Source: Bacteroidia bacterium (GTDB taxonomy: Bacteria; Bacteroidota; Bacteroidia; UKL13-3). Taken from it: DNA of 64,000 nt. The notes under the pieces are model-generated. The model saw nothing but the letters and a program-made list of their open reading frames with translations, did no database searches and was not told the origin of the DNA. How positions within the stretch are numbered: position 1 is the first letter of the stretch; each line of letters opens with the position of its first letter. The stretch lies in assembly GCA_044353855.1 (NCBI GenBank), contig JBILBF010000001.1, forward strand, positions 824,430 to 888,429. The letters are read 5' to 3'. This document shows, piece after piece, positions 1-9,775 of the stretch. The position numbers were made by a program, and so were the translations under genes.

Positions 1-164
1 TTCTATTAATTCGATTAATGTAGTAAAACATTGCTATTTATATACGAGGATATTTATATCAGGCAAATTTCTTGTAATAATTGATATAGAAACACATTCT
101 GTGTTTCCATATTAGCTTGTAAGTTCTTATTCCCTCCATTTTTGCACTATTAAATTCAAGAAAA

Positions 165-1727
165 TCATTTCTTATTTACTACTGCTTCTGCCATTTTCAA
201 AGCTTCATAAGCATTCACTATTCCTCCTGTTTTACATAAATCTGTCATGTTAACTTTTATTTTACGATTGCCAGGTAATATTACTTTTCCTTTAATTTTA
301 ACAGATGATTGCATGATGATATCTTTTATCTGATTGGCAGTAAGTGTAGGATAATATGACCATACTAATGCTGCTACACCTGAAGTAACTGGAGCAGCCA
401 TGCTTGTTCCATTAAAACTTGCATATTTTGAATCTGGTATTGTTGAATAAATGTCAACTCCTGGTGCAAATACATCTACATTTTCACGACCATAATTTGA
501 GAAATCGGCAGCAATTGTTTTTCCTTTTTGCCAACTCGAAGCCCCAATTTCTAACCAACTCGAGGCTTCTCCAGAATTATCTGCATATCTATCGCGTGGA
601 AAATTATTGCTAGTGTCTGTATTTTTTCCATCGTTACCTGCCGCATGTACCAACAAAACATCTTTACTTACTGCGTATCTTACAGCATCATCTACAATAT
701 ATTTTGAAGGGGAGTAATTTTTGCCAAAACTCATATTGATAATTTTTGCTCCATTGTCTACTGCATATCGAATACCATTTGCTATATCTTTATCTCTTTC
801 ATCTCCATTTGGTACCACTCTTACTACCATTATGTTCACATTATTGGCCACACCTTTCATTCCTATCGTGTTATCTCTTATAGCTGCAATAATTCCTGCA
901 ACATGGGTGCCATGTCCCCCTTCAGGCCCTTCATAATGGTTATTTCCATATATACGTTCCGTATTATCCGAATAATTATCGCCTACAATTGAACGAGTAT
1001 CTAAATCTACATTTAACTGCGAATTCAGTTCGGTTTGGTAATGTTCTATTGCACTATTTAATTGGTTTTTTAGTTCTTTTAAGGAACTTTTGTTTTTAGC
1101 TGCAATCGTTAAGATATTTTTTTCCATTGCATTATTTGGTTTGAATGCTTTCAATTGATTTGATGTTGGGTTATCAGTACCAATAGATTTAATAACAGAA
1201 TCTATATTTTTATTAATTTCTTTATATAAAGAAATACTTTCATTAGCAGATGTTATGCGGTTTTCATATAGGGTTTTTACTTTTACATACGCTTCATAAT
1301 TAGCTCCAGCCTTTGGTTCATTTTGTTCATATTTTACTGATAATTCTTTATAAACTCTCGTGAGCTCTAAGTTATCAGTATTCACATCACCATTTTTTCC
1401 ACCTATAAAATTCCATCCATGTATATCATCTATATATCCATTTCTGTCATCATCAATATTATTGTTGTCAATTTCTTTTTTATTGGTCCAAATTATTGAT
1501 TTTAAATCTTCATGATCTATTTCGGTTCCTCCGTCAATAACAGCAACAATTATGGGAGTTGATATTTTTGTAATCAACAATTCAGAATAGGCACGTTCTG
1601 AACTTACTCCAGGTACTTTATCTTTTTTTAAATCAAGATTATACCAGTTTGTTGGTGCATTTTTTTGTGCAATTGAATATGTAATCGCAAAACATAAATA
1701 AAAGAGTGTAACAGCAATTTTTTTCAT
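165..1727 (-). CDS. S8 family (subtilisin-like) serine peptidase, secreted
   Basis: Signal peptide; catalytic triad motifs VAVIDGG, HGTHVAG and GTSMAAP. Confidence 0.92.
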   Translation of the reverse strand: MKKIAVTLFYLCFAITYSIAQKNAPTNWYNLDLKKDKVPGVSSERAYSELLITKISTPIIVAVIDGGTEIDHEDLKSIIWTNKKEIDNNNIDDDRNGYIDDIHGWNFIGGKNGDVNTDNLELTRVYKELSVKYEQNEPKAGANYEAYVKVKTLYENRITSANESISLYKEINKNIDSVIKSIGTDNPTSNQLKAFKPNNAMEKNILTIAAKNKSSLKELKNQLNSAIEHYQTELNSQLNVDLDTRSIVGDNYSDNTERIYGNNHYEGPEGGHGTHVAGIIAAIRDNTIGMKGVANNVNIMVVRVVPNGDERDKDIANGIRYAVDNGAKIINMSFGKNYSPSKYIVDDAVRYAVSKDVLLVHAAGNDGKNTDTSNNFPRDRYADNSGEASSWLEIGASSWQKGKTIAADFSNYGRENVDVFAPGVDIYSTIPDSKYASFNGTSMAAPVTSGVAALVWSYYPTLTANQIKDIIMQSSVKIKGKVILPGNRKIKVNMTDLCKTGGIVNAYEALKMAEAVVNKK

Positions 1728-1837
1728 TATAAGTATTCATTAATAATATGCTAAAATAATAGGAAGCAGTGAGATTTTGTAAAAGCTTTTTGTTAAATGG
1801 ATAATATTTCGTGATAAAGGGTAATAAGGGCTTTTTT

Positions 1838-1869
1838 AAAAACGAAAAGCCCCCTTGCGGGGGCCTTTC
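1838..1869 (-). terminator. Intrinsic terminator with GC-rich stem and GCAA tetraloop
   Basis: Minus strand GAAAGGCCCCC-GCAA-GGGGGCTTTTC followed by GTTTTT. Confidence 0.8.
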
Positions 1870-1942
1870 TAGCCTATGAAACAAATTGCATCCCTACTCA
1901 AAGATGCAAACTCTTAATTCTTTTTTTCTAATCTGATTATTA
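1838..1942 (-). ncRNA. Candidate small RNA (or structured 3' end of the efflux operon)
   Basis: TATCTTTG -7 element at 1955-1948, hairpin TTGCATC/GATGCAA, unpaired TTTGTTTCATAGGCT, then terminator; 5' end inferred from promoter position. Confidence 0.45.
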
Positions 1943-1947
1943 CCCTA

Positions 1948-1955
1948 CAAAGATA
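1948..1955 (-). promoter_or_regulatory. Bacteroidota sigma-A -7 element (TATCTTTG)
   Basis: Exact match to TAnnTTTG consensus in an intergenic region. Confidence 0.55.
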
Positions 1956-2079
1956 CTACAATACTATGCATGCATACGAACTTTTATTATCATTTTTATG
2001 TCATTTTGAACTTCTGTTTGATAGTTTATTAACGATAATCTTGTTTTAAAAGTATGTAGCTCTTTTAGTAAGTTGTATT

Positions 2080-5000
2080 TTATAAAGATGATGGTGAAAT
2101 TAAATCTGTTTCACCTTGATCAAATTTATGTTTAGGCTTAATTCCCAAACGTAATTTTAAATTTTCAGATAAATAAAGCATTACTGGTACTAAAATTAAT
2201 GTAAGAATTGTAGCAAAACCTAAACCGAAAATCATAGTCCACGATAAAGGGCCCCAAAATGCAACACTATCTCCTCCAAAGAAAATATGAGGATTACCCG
2301 TTTGAAACAATAATTCAAAATCGATGTTTAACCCTACCGCCAAAGGTATTAAACCTAGCATGGTTGCAGTTGCTGTTAACAATACAGGAGTCATGCGTGT
2401 TCGGCCTGCTTCAATAATTGCTTGCCTTAAGGGCATGCCTTCGCCAATTAAAATTTCGGTAAACTCTACCAGCAAAATTCCATTCCGAACCACAATTCCA
2501 GCAAGCGCAATAATTCCTACACCCGTCATGATGATTGAGATTTCCATATTAAATATGGAGAATCCTAAGAATACACCAATTAAAGAGAGAACAATTTCAC
2601 TCAAAATGATAATTGGTTTGGAGATTGAATTAAACTGAGTAACCAAAATTAAGAAGATAAGTCCAAGTGAAGTCATTAAAGCTCCACCCAAAAATGCCCC
2701 TGTTTCAGCTTGTTCTTCCTGCTCCCCACCCATTTTTACTATAACTCCTTGTGGCAAATTATAGCGCTTTAAAGCGTTATCTATCTTCCCTACAATTTCG
2801 TTAGCATTAAATCCAGTTAGTACATTTGATGAAAGCGTAATAATTGGTTTTTCGTTGTACCGTTTAATTCCTCCAAATGTATTTCCATAACGCACAGTTG
2901 CAACTGATGATAATGGAATCTGACGAATTTGTCCGCCCATATTCATATCCCTAAATATTATTTTCAGGTTCATCAACGCACTAATATTGTTACGTTGATT
3001 TTCTTGGTAACGAATTTGAATCGGATATTCATCGTTTGCATCTTTTAATTTACTTGGGTCATCTAAACCAAAAATGGCACTCCTCAATTGCATTCCAATT
3101 TGTGCAGTACTTATACCCTCACGATTGGCTCTTTCTCTATCAACTTCTACCACTATTTCGGGTTTGCTCGATTGTACATCTGATTTTAATTCTTCAATAC
3201 CGGGGATATCCAATGAATCTAAATAACGCTTGATATCCGATCCAACACCAACCAATTGGTTAATATCATCACCTTTAATATCTACTGCTATAGGCTTACC
3301 TGTTGGTGGGCCATTGCTTTCTTGGTCTACTATTACTTCTACCCCAGGAAGTCCTTTAGTGGCTTCACGTATTTTGCTTAGGTAAGGTGATGTTGCTTCT
3401 CCGTTGCGTTTGGCAAACGAAACAAAAGCAACTGTTACTTTTCCTAAATGAGGTGTTGCACTAAAATTGTATTCAAATTGGGATGGATCATTGGCACCAA
3501 TAGCCACATTTGCAATAATGGATTCTACAATTGGATTGTTTTCACCAACTACTTTATAGACTCTATCTTCTACTATTTGTGTAATCGAATCGGTGTAAGC
3601 TGCTGATGTACCTGTAGGTAGGGTAATATAGGTATAAACAAAGTTAGGATCTGATTTAGGAAAAAATACTACACTAGGCGATACAATTGCGGTGAGTATA
3701 AAAGTAAAAATAAACAATACAAAAGTTCCTACAAGCATCCAAACTGGACGATTTTTTTGCAATACCCATTCCATAATTCCTTTATAAAAATTTTGAACTT
3801 TTGGCCATTGAACTTCTTGGAAATTTTTGATCCATTTCCAAAATACAAAACGATTTAATGAATACAAGCCAAAGAGTACTATGATAAAATTACCCGTACC
3901 TACATTGCCTGTAATATATGATATTAAGGCAATGGCAGCAAAAATAATAGCAGTGATTTTATAGCCTTTTTTATTGCTTCTTACTTTATCTTCTTCTTCA
4001 TGCGTTTTCATAAATTGAACCGCAAATACTGGATTGATAATATAAGCAACTACAAGTGAAGCTAATAAGGTAATAATTAATGTAACAGGTAAAAAGTACA
4101 TAAACTTACCAATTACCCCTTGCCAAAACATTAGCGGAATAAATGGTGCAAGGGTTGTCATAGTTCCAGCAAATACAGGAACAAAAACTTCTCCTGCAGC
4201 AATTTTTGCAGCTTTTTTTATCGGCATTTTCCCATTTGCAAAAATACGATGTGTATTTTCTACCACTACAATAGCATCATCTACTACAATACCTAAGGCA
4301 AGTAAAAAAGAGAACAAAACAATAAAGTTTAGTTTGAACCCAATTATTGGGAAAACCATAAACGCAATAGCACAAGATAATGGAACAGACATAGCCACAA
4401 AGAGGGCATTGGTGGTTCCCATAAAAAACATGAGGATAACAGTAACCAAAATAAACCCGATAATGATTGTATTAATCATATCATGTAAGGTGGTTCGTGT
4501 TTCCGATGATTGATCTCCAGTTATGGTAATTTTGATACCTTCAGGGAAAATATCTTTTTCATAACGTTTGGTTATATCACTTATTTTATCGGATGCATCA
4601 ATCAGGTTCTCGCCACTTTTTTTAATTACGTTAAGAGTAATTACAGGTTTGTGTTCTAATCGAGCGTAACTTTCCTTTTCCTTGTATCCATCTTTTACTT
4701 CAGCTATATCTTTAAGGTAAACAGTTGCGCCTGTTTGTCCTCTTATCACAATATCTCCAAGTTTATTTGGGTCTTTGTATTCGCCTTTTACACTAATAGA
4801 ACGTTTTAAGCCATCCATATCCACAAGCCCTCCGCTCACCGTCATATTTTCGTATTGAATAGCTCCTTTAATATCTGAAAGGGTTATATGTGCTACTTGC
4901 GCTTTATACAAATCTACATTAATCTGAATTTCTCTTTCGAGTTCACCCGACATACGGGCTTCGGTAATTTCTCTTAATCCCTCAATTTCATCTTGTAATT

Positions 5001-5496
5001 GGTCAGCATATTTTTTCATTTTATCCAATGGCAAATCGCCACTGATATGCACCTGCATAATTGGGAATTGGGAAGCATCAATGTCCGTTACTTGAGGATC
5101 TTGTGGTAAATTATCGGGCAAGTCATTTTTTGCTTTACTCACCGCATCTTTTACCCGTTGCAAAGCTAAATCTACATTTTGATCGGTATTGAATTCAACA
5201 TTGATAACTGAAAAATCTTGAACGGAGTTGCTCTTAATTTTTTTAACGCCTGTGATAGTTGCCATTTGCTTTTCAAGCTGTTTGGTAACTAGTTTTTCCA
5301 TGTCATTTGGCGCAGTTCCTGGGTATACAGTTGTAATCAAAATACTCGGAAATTTTACCTCAGGAAATTGTTCTTTGGGTAAACTATTGTAGGATATCAA
5401 TCCCACTAGCGTAATGATAATAGTAAGTATAAAAATACTTGTTTTATTATCGATACTCCAATTGGATATGAAAAAACCTTTATTTGAATCTTGCAT
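2080..5496 (-). CDS. RND efflux transporter permease subunit (AcrB/AcrD/AcrF family)
   Basis: 1138 aa; P-x-P N-terminal RND signature, VDDAIVVVEN proton-relay motif, multiple TM segments; operon with MFP and TolC. Confidence 0.93.
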   Translation of the reverse strand: MQDSNKGFFISNWSIDNKTSIFILTIIITLVGLISYNSLPKEQFPEVKFPSILITTVYPGTAPNDMEKLVTKQLEKQMATITGVKKIKSNSVQDFSVINVEFNTDQNVDLALQRVKDAVSKAKNDLPDNLPQDPQVTDIDASQFPIMQVHISGDLPLDKMKKYADQLQDEIEGLREITEARMSGELEREIQINVDLYKAQVAHITLSDIKGAIQYENMTVSGGLVDMDGLKRSISVKGEYKDPNKLGDIVIRGQTGATVYLKDIAEVKDGYKEKESYARLEHKPVITLNVIKKSGENLIDASDKISDITKRYEKDIFPEGIKITITGDQSSETRTTLHDMINTIIIGFILVTVILMFFMGTTNALFVAMSVPLSCAIAFMVFPIIGFKLNFIVLFSFLLALGIVVDDAIVVVENTHRIFANGKMPIKKAAKIAAGEVFVPVFAGTMTTLAPFIPLMFWQGVIGKFMYFLPVTLIITLLASLVVAYIINPVFAVQFMKTHEEEDKVRSNKKGYKITAIIFAAIALISYITGNVGTGNFIIVLFGLYSLNRFVFWKWIKNFQEVQWPKVQNFYKGIMEWVLQKNRPVWMLVGTFVLFIFTFILTAIVSPSVVFFPKSDPNFVYTYITLPTGTSAAYTDSITQIVEDRVYKVVGENNPIVESIIANVAIGANDPSQFEYNFSATPHLGKVTVAFVSFAKRNGEATSPYLSKIREATKGLPGVEVIVDQESNGPPTGKPIAVDIKGDDINQLVGVGSDIKRYLDSLDIPGIEELKSDVQSSKPEIVVEVDRERANREGISTAQIGMQLRSAIFGLDDPSKLKDANDEYPIQIRYQENQRNNISALMNLKIIFRDMNMGGQIRQIPLSSVATVRYGNTFGGIKRYNEKPIITLSSNVLTGFNANEIVGKIDNALKRYNLPQGVIVKMGGEQEEQAETGAFLGGALMTSLGLIFLILVTQFNSISKPIIILSEIVLSLIGVFLGFSIFNMEISIIMTGVGIIALAGIVVRNGILLVEFTEILIGEGMPLRQAIIEAGRTRMTPVLLTATATMLGLIPLAVGLNIDFELLFQTGNPHIFFGGDSVAFWGPLSWTMIFGLGFATILTLILVPVMLYLSENLKLRLGIKPKHKFDQGETDLISPSSL

Positions 5497-5527
5497 AATT
5501 TGTTATGTTAAATGGGTTAACTATTAC

Positions 5528-6664
5528 TTATAGTTTAACAGTTTGGCCATCTGTTAAATCTTGAAATCCAACAGAAATGACATTGTCACCTTCATTTAAG
5601 CCTGATAAAATTTCACTCAGTCCGTTGTATTGTTTTCCAACTTGTACAGTTATTTTTTTAGCAATCAATTTATTGGCTTTTTGTATTGCAATAAATACTA
5701 TTTGTGAGCCATCAATTTCTTGTATTGCATTTATTGGAACCACAATAGCATTGGCTTTATTATAGTCTACAATTTTAATTTGCGAAACCATGTTTGGTGA
5801 TAAATCATTATCACTTGGTAAGTTTATTTCTACATTAAATGTACGCGACATTTTATCAATAGTTTTGGATGAATAACTCACTTTAGCTGAAATCGTTTTT
5901 TGAATATCGGGGAATGTAATGCTCACGGCATCACCTATTTTTACAATGCTTGCATACGCTTCAGATAAATCTGCTTTTACTTTTAACGCATCAGGATTTA
6001 TCACAGTAATACATGGAACACCTGGTGCAACATTTTGACCTACTTTAATAGAAACCTCATCTACCGTTCCATTATAATCAGCTTTTATATAGTACATATC
6101 TAACGCTTCTTTTTGGGCATCCATTATTTTTTCCAAACTTTCTTTCGCATTTTTTGCTTGCAGGTATTCTATTTCACTACCAACTTTTTGTTCCCATAAT
6201 TCTTTACGTTTTTCAAACATTGTGTTCGCTAGTTCATATTGTTTTTTGGTTGTTTCCAATTGAGCTCTGGTAGCTTTGGTATCCAACTCTGCCAATATTT
6301 GGCCTTTACTTATAAGTTGCCCAACTTTTACCTTTATTTTAGTTACTGAACTTGGCACTTTTGCGCTGTAGGTAATGTTTTCATCACCATCTACTCGTCC
6401 TTGTACATCAATTGCATGAATAAAATTTTGTTTTACAACAGCTGTAAGTGCTATTACTTTCGAACGGTCTTCTTCTTTGTTTAAGCTATCACCCATGGCA
6501 AGAATTTCTTCTTGTAAAGTTGCTATTTGTGCGGTAATTTCTGCTTGTTGTGTTTTTAATTTTTCGAGTTGAGCTTTTTTTGCCTCAGATGAAACGGAGC
6601 CACCACATGCAGCTAATAAGCTAGCAAAAAAGAGGGTTGAGAAGATGATTGTTATATTTTTCAT
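5528..6664 (-). CDS. RND periplasmic adaptor (membrane fusion protein), lipoprotein
   Basis: Lipobox LLAAC; lipoyl/hairpin pattern (VKVGQ..KGQILAELD); context. Confidence 0.9.
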   Translation of the reverse strand: MKNITIIFSTLFFASLLAACGGSVSSEAKKAQLEKLKTQQAEITAQIATLQEEILAMGDSLNKEEDRSKVIALTAVVKQNFIHAIDVQGRVDGDENITYSAKVPSSVTKIKVKVGQLISKGQILAELDTKATRAQLETTKKQYELANTMFEKRKELWEQKVGSEIEYLQAKNAKESLEKIMDAQKEALDMYYIKADYNGTVDEVSIKVGQNVAPGVPCITVINPDALKVKADLSEAYASIVKIGDAVSITFPDIQKTISAKVSYSSKTIDKMSRTFNVEINLPSDNDLSPNMVSQIKIVDYNKANAIVVPINAIQEIDGSQIVFIAIQKANKLIAKKITVQVGKQYNGLSEILSGLNEGDNVISVGFQDLTDGQTVKL

Positions 6665-6701
6665 AAGTTGTTATCGTTTATTTTCTTTATTAGTTATGTA
6701 A

Positions 6702-8030
6702 TTATTGTCCTAATGCTTTTTTCAAATTGGCTCTTGCTATCAACAAATCGTAAATGCCATTTAGATAGTTTTTTTGTGATTCTTTCAAATCTTTTTCAGC
6801 TGTAACAACATCTAAGCTTGAACTCAATCCATTTTGATATTTTGTGTTTATCTTTTTGTAAATGTTATCTGCTAAAAGATAATTTTCATTCAAAATAGTC
6901 AATTGTTCTTTTGTTCTACTGTAGGTAGTTTTTGCAGAAAATACTTCCATTTCAATTGCATTTTCCAATTGTTCAGTACTCCTTTCAACTTTTTGCATAT
7001 TAATCTTTGCTTGTTGTATTTTCGACTGTTTATTAAGACCATCAAAAATGGGTACCGTTACATTTAAACCTACAAAAGTACCAGGATAAAACTTGTTGAA
7101 TGAATTTGCAAAATCTATACTAAATGCATTTTCTTGATGCTGGGCAAATGCTACAATTGTAGGAGCATAGCCATATAAATATCTTTTTTTGTCTAACTCA
7201 TACATCTTTTTCTGTTGGGTTAATATTAGATATTCTGGTCTTTTGCTATAATCAAGTTGGTTAGCAATTTCGGGTTCTTTTGAGGCGATTGTATACAATG
7301 AGGTTAAATTATCTTTTAGGTTTAATGAATCTATGACACTCATTCCCATTTGCATTTTTAAACTGTAATAAGCTAATGCACGCGCATCCACAAGTTGCCT
7401 TTTTAGAATAAGTAAATTGGAATATGTTAAGTTGATTCGGTCGTAATCAGTTGATTCTATAAAACCGGCTTTTAAACTTGCTGCTAAATCTTTTCGTGTT
7501 TTCTCTAAAGTTAAAATATTAGCGTCTGTAAGTACCATGCTCTCTTCAGCAATGAGAGCCATACAATAAGCTTTAATCACATCATTTTCCACATCATATT
7601 CAGCTTTCTTAATTCCGTATTTTGATAACATTGCAAATTCTTTGGCGGCTTTTAATCCCATTAGAAACCCCCCATCAAATAATAACTGTGTTGCACTGAT
7701 ATTTGCAGCAACTGAGTAATCTATTCCTTGTGGAAATTCAATAAATGGTGCAGGCCCAAAAAAACCTGGATTTTTAATCCCTACAACAGGAATTGTTGGT
7801 GTGTAAGTATATCTTCCAGAAGCTTCAATTTTTGGCAATCCTATTGATCTAACTTCTTTCATCTGTTGGTCTGCATATTGTTGATCGAGTTTAGCATTCT
7901 GTAAGTTTTGATTATACTTTTTGCCATAATCAATTGCGTCTTTTAATGAAAAGCTTTGTGCCTCTTTTTGCTGAGCAAAAGCCTGTATGCTGAGCAACGT
8001 TGTCAGTATAATATAAACTGATTTTTTCAT
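6702..8030 (-). CDS. TolC family outer membrane efflux protein
   Basis: Signal peptide, SLKDAIDY..N motif, VPIFDG and helical repeats; context. Confidence 0.9.
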   Translation of the reverse strand: MKKSVYIILTTLLSIQAFAQQKEAQSFSLKDAIDYGKKYNQNLQNAKLDQQYADQQMKEVRSIGLPKIEASGRYTYTPTIPVVGIKNPGFFGPAPFIEFPQGIDYSVAANISATQLLFDGGFLMGLKAAKEFAMLSKYGIKKAEYDVENDVIKAYCMALIAEESMVLTDANILTLEKTRKDLAASLKAGFIESTDYDRINLTYSNLLILKRQLVDARALAYYSLKMQMGMSVIDSLNLKDNLTSLYTIASKEPEIANQLDYSKRPEYLILTQQKKMYELDKKRYLYGYAPTIVAFAQHQENAFSIDFANSFNKFYPGTFVGLNVTVPIFDGLNKQSKIQQAKINMQKVERSTEQLENAIEMEVFSAKTTYSRTKEQLTILNENYLLADNIYKKINTKYQNGLSSSLDVVTAEKDLKESQKNYLNGIYDLLIARANLKKALGQ

Positions 8031-8044
8031 GTAGTTTATGGTAT

Positions 8045-8650
8045 TTAGATATTTGTTAGTTTATTTAATTGTTTGATCCCTTTTTCAGTAAGAATTCCGT
8101 GTAAGTGGTATAGAACTAATTCTTTGTGTAAAACATGAAAATCCTTAACTTCTTTTTGATAGTTATCAGGGTTTACTAAAAATTGAACCATGTTTACATA
8201 GTATAATGCAATTACCGATTCGTTTATTTCTTTACGGTAAAGTCCTTTCTCTTTACCTTGCTGTAAATTTTGCAGTATTTGTCCGTAAATGAATTCCTTG
8301 CTGTAAGCTTCAATTTTATCATAAGCTTCTTTAAAATATTTTCGTAAGTCAAATAGTACAGCTGCATTTATATGCTTTGCTTCATTCCCAAAATTGTTGC
8401 TTATTGCTAATAAATATGAAATAGGATCTTTTTCATTGTCAACTAGTTTTAAACAAAATTCACGCTCTGTTTCTAAATGATTTTCTACTGATTGATTCAC
8501 TAAATCATTTTTATCAATAAAATATTGATATAAAGTTTTTTTTGATATTCCTAATTCTCTAGCAATATCATCCATTGTTATACTTTTAAACCCGTAACGC
8601 ATAAATAAAGCTTCGGATCCTTGTAATAGTTTAAATTTTACTTCATCCAT
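8045..8650 (-). CDS. TetR/AcrR family transcriptional regulator
   Basis: N-terminal HTH GFKSITMDDIARELGISKKTLYQYF; first gene of the efflux operon. Confidence 0.93.
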   Translation of the reverse strand: MDEVKFKLLQGSEALFMRYGFKSITMDDIARELGISKKTLYQYFIDKNDLVNQSVENHLETEREFCLKLVDNEKDPISYLLAISNNFGNEAKHINAAVLFDLRKYFKEAYDKIEAYSKEFIYGQILQNLQQGKEKGLYRKEINESVIALYYVNMVQFLVNPDNYQKEVKDFHVLHKELVLYHLHGILTEKGIKQLNKLTNI

Positions 8651-8677
8651 ATAAAAAGTGGCTTTTCAATTCAGGGT

Positions 8678-8685
8678 CAAAGGTA
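8678..8685 (-). promoter_or_regulatory. -7 promoter element (TACCTTTG) of the tetR-tolC-MFP-RND operon
   Basis: Exact TAnnTTTG match 28 bp upstream of the ATG. Confidence 0.6.
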
Positions 8686-8947
8686 AAAACAATATCCATT
8701 ATAAAAACTATTTTTGTATTAAAAGTTTCCATTGTTTCAAAAGTGTCGGTGGAAATGCACTCGATGTCGGTCAATCAGAATATATCTAAACTGAATGTTA
8801 ATTGATTAAGCATTAAAATAACGAAAAGGCACTACTGTAACTCTTTTTCATTTTCCTAAGTTCGGTTAAACGCCCAAAATCATAAAATCAAAATGACATC
8901 TGTTTTAATGTTCCTTTTTGCTTTAATTGCAACCTTTAATTGTAAAA

Positions 8948-9592
8948 ATGGTGGATCAAAAATTTCCTTATATTGTTGGTGTTACAGGTGGAAGTGCAAG
9001 TGGGAAAACTAGTTTTTTAAAAGAATTAGGTAATTTATTCGATGCCAATCAGGTATGTATACTTGCTCAAGATAATTATTACAAACCTGCTTCATTTCAA
9101 ACTAAAGACGAGAACGGTCATATCAATTATGATTTACCTAGTTGTTTGGATTTAAATGCTTTTCATGATGATATGCTTTTATTGAAAAATGGAAATGATA
9201 TAAAACGTAGAGAATACCGATTTCAGCATGAAGACCAAATGGGCGATTGGGTTCATTTTAAATCGGCCCCAATTATTATTATTGAAGGTCTTTTCGTTTT
9301 TTATAGACAAGATATTTCAGCTCACTTCAACCTCAAATTATTTGTTGAAGCTCAAGAGGATATCCAATTGCAACGAAGATTAAAACGAGATACTTCTGAA
9401 AGAAATATTTCTGAAGATTTTGTGAAATATCAATGGACGAACCATGTGATGCCTGCGTATCGCAAATACCTTGAACCATATAAACACCAGGCTGATATTA
9501 TTATTAATAACAATGAGCATTTTCAAAACAGCTTAAAAGTAGTAGAAGATCACTTTAAACAGCTACTTAATTGTCGAAATCCTAGTGTATAG
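8948..9592 (+). CDS. udk: Uridine kinase
   Basis: P-loop GVTGGSASGKTS, QDNYY, IIIEGL and RRLKRD motifs; ATG at 8948 preferred over TTG at 8927. Confidence 0.85.
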   Translation: MVDQKFPYIVGVTGGSASGKTSFLKELGNLFDANQVCILAQDNYYKPASFQTKDENGHINYDLPSCLDLNAFHDDMLLLKNGNDIKRREYRFQHEDQMGDWVHFKSAPIIIIEGLFVFYRQDISAHFNLKLFVEAQEDIQLQRRLKRDTSERNISEDFVKYQWTNHVMPAYRKYLEPYKHQADIIINNNEHFQNSLKVVEDHFKQLLNCRNPSV

Positions 9593-9654
9593 TATTCATA
9601 ATCAAAGCTTACAAGGTAATGTTGTAATTGGTTGTAAAATGTGAGGCCAAAACC

Positions 9655-9662
9655 TATATTTG
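9655..9662 (+). promoter_or_regulatory. -7 promoter element (TATATTTG) upstream of secDF
   Basis: Exact consensus match about 115 bp before the start codon. Confidence 0.55.
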
Positions 9663-9775
9663 CCAACTTTCGAAAAATGTATACGATACAAGTTTTTGGA
9701 AACAATTAAAAAGTGTATCATGCACGTATTATAAATACTGAAATTAGATTAATTAATAATAGATAACAGAGAAAA

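Noticed and set aside
76-113. Hairpin GAAACAC/GTGTTTC downstream of the S8 gene
   Set aside because: Weak stem without a clear U-tract; at most a poor terminator.
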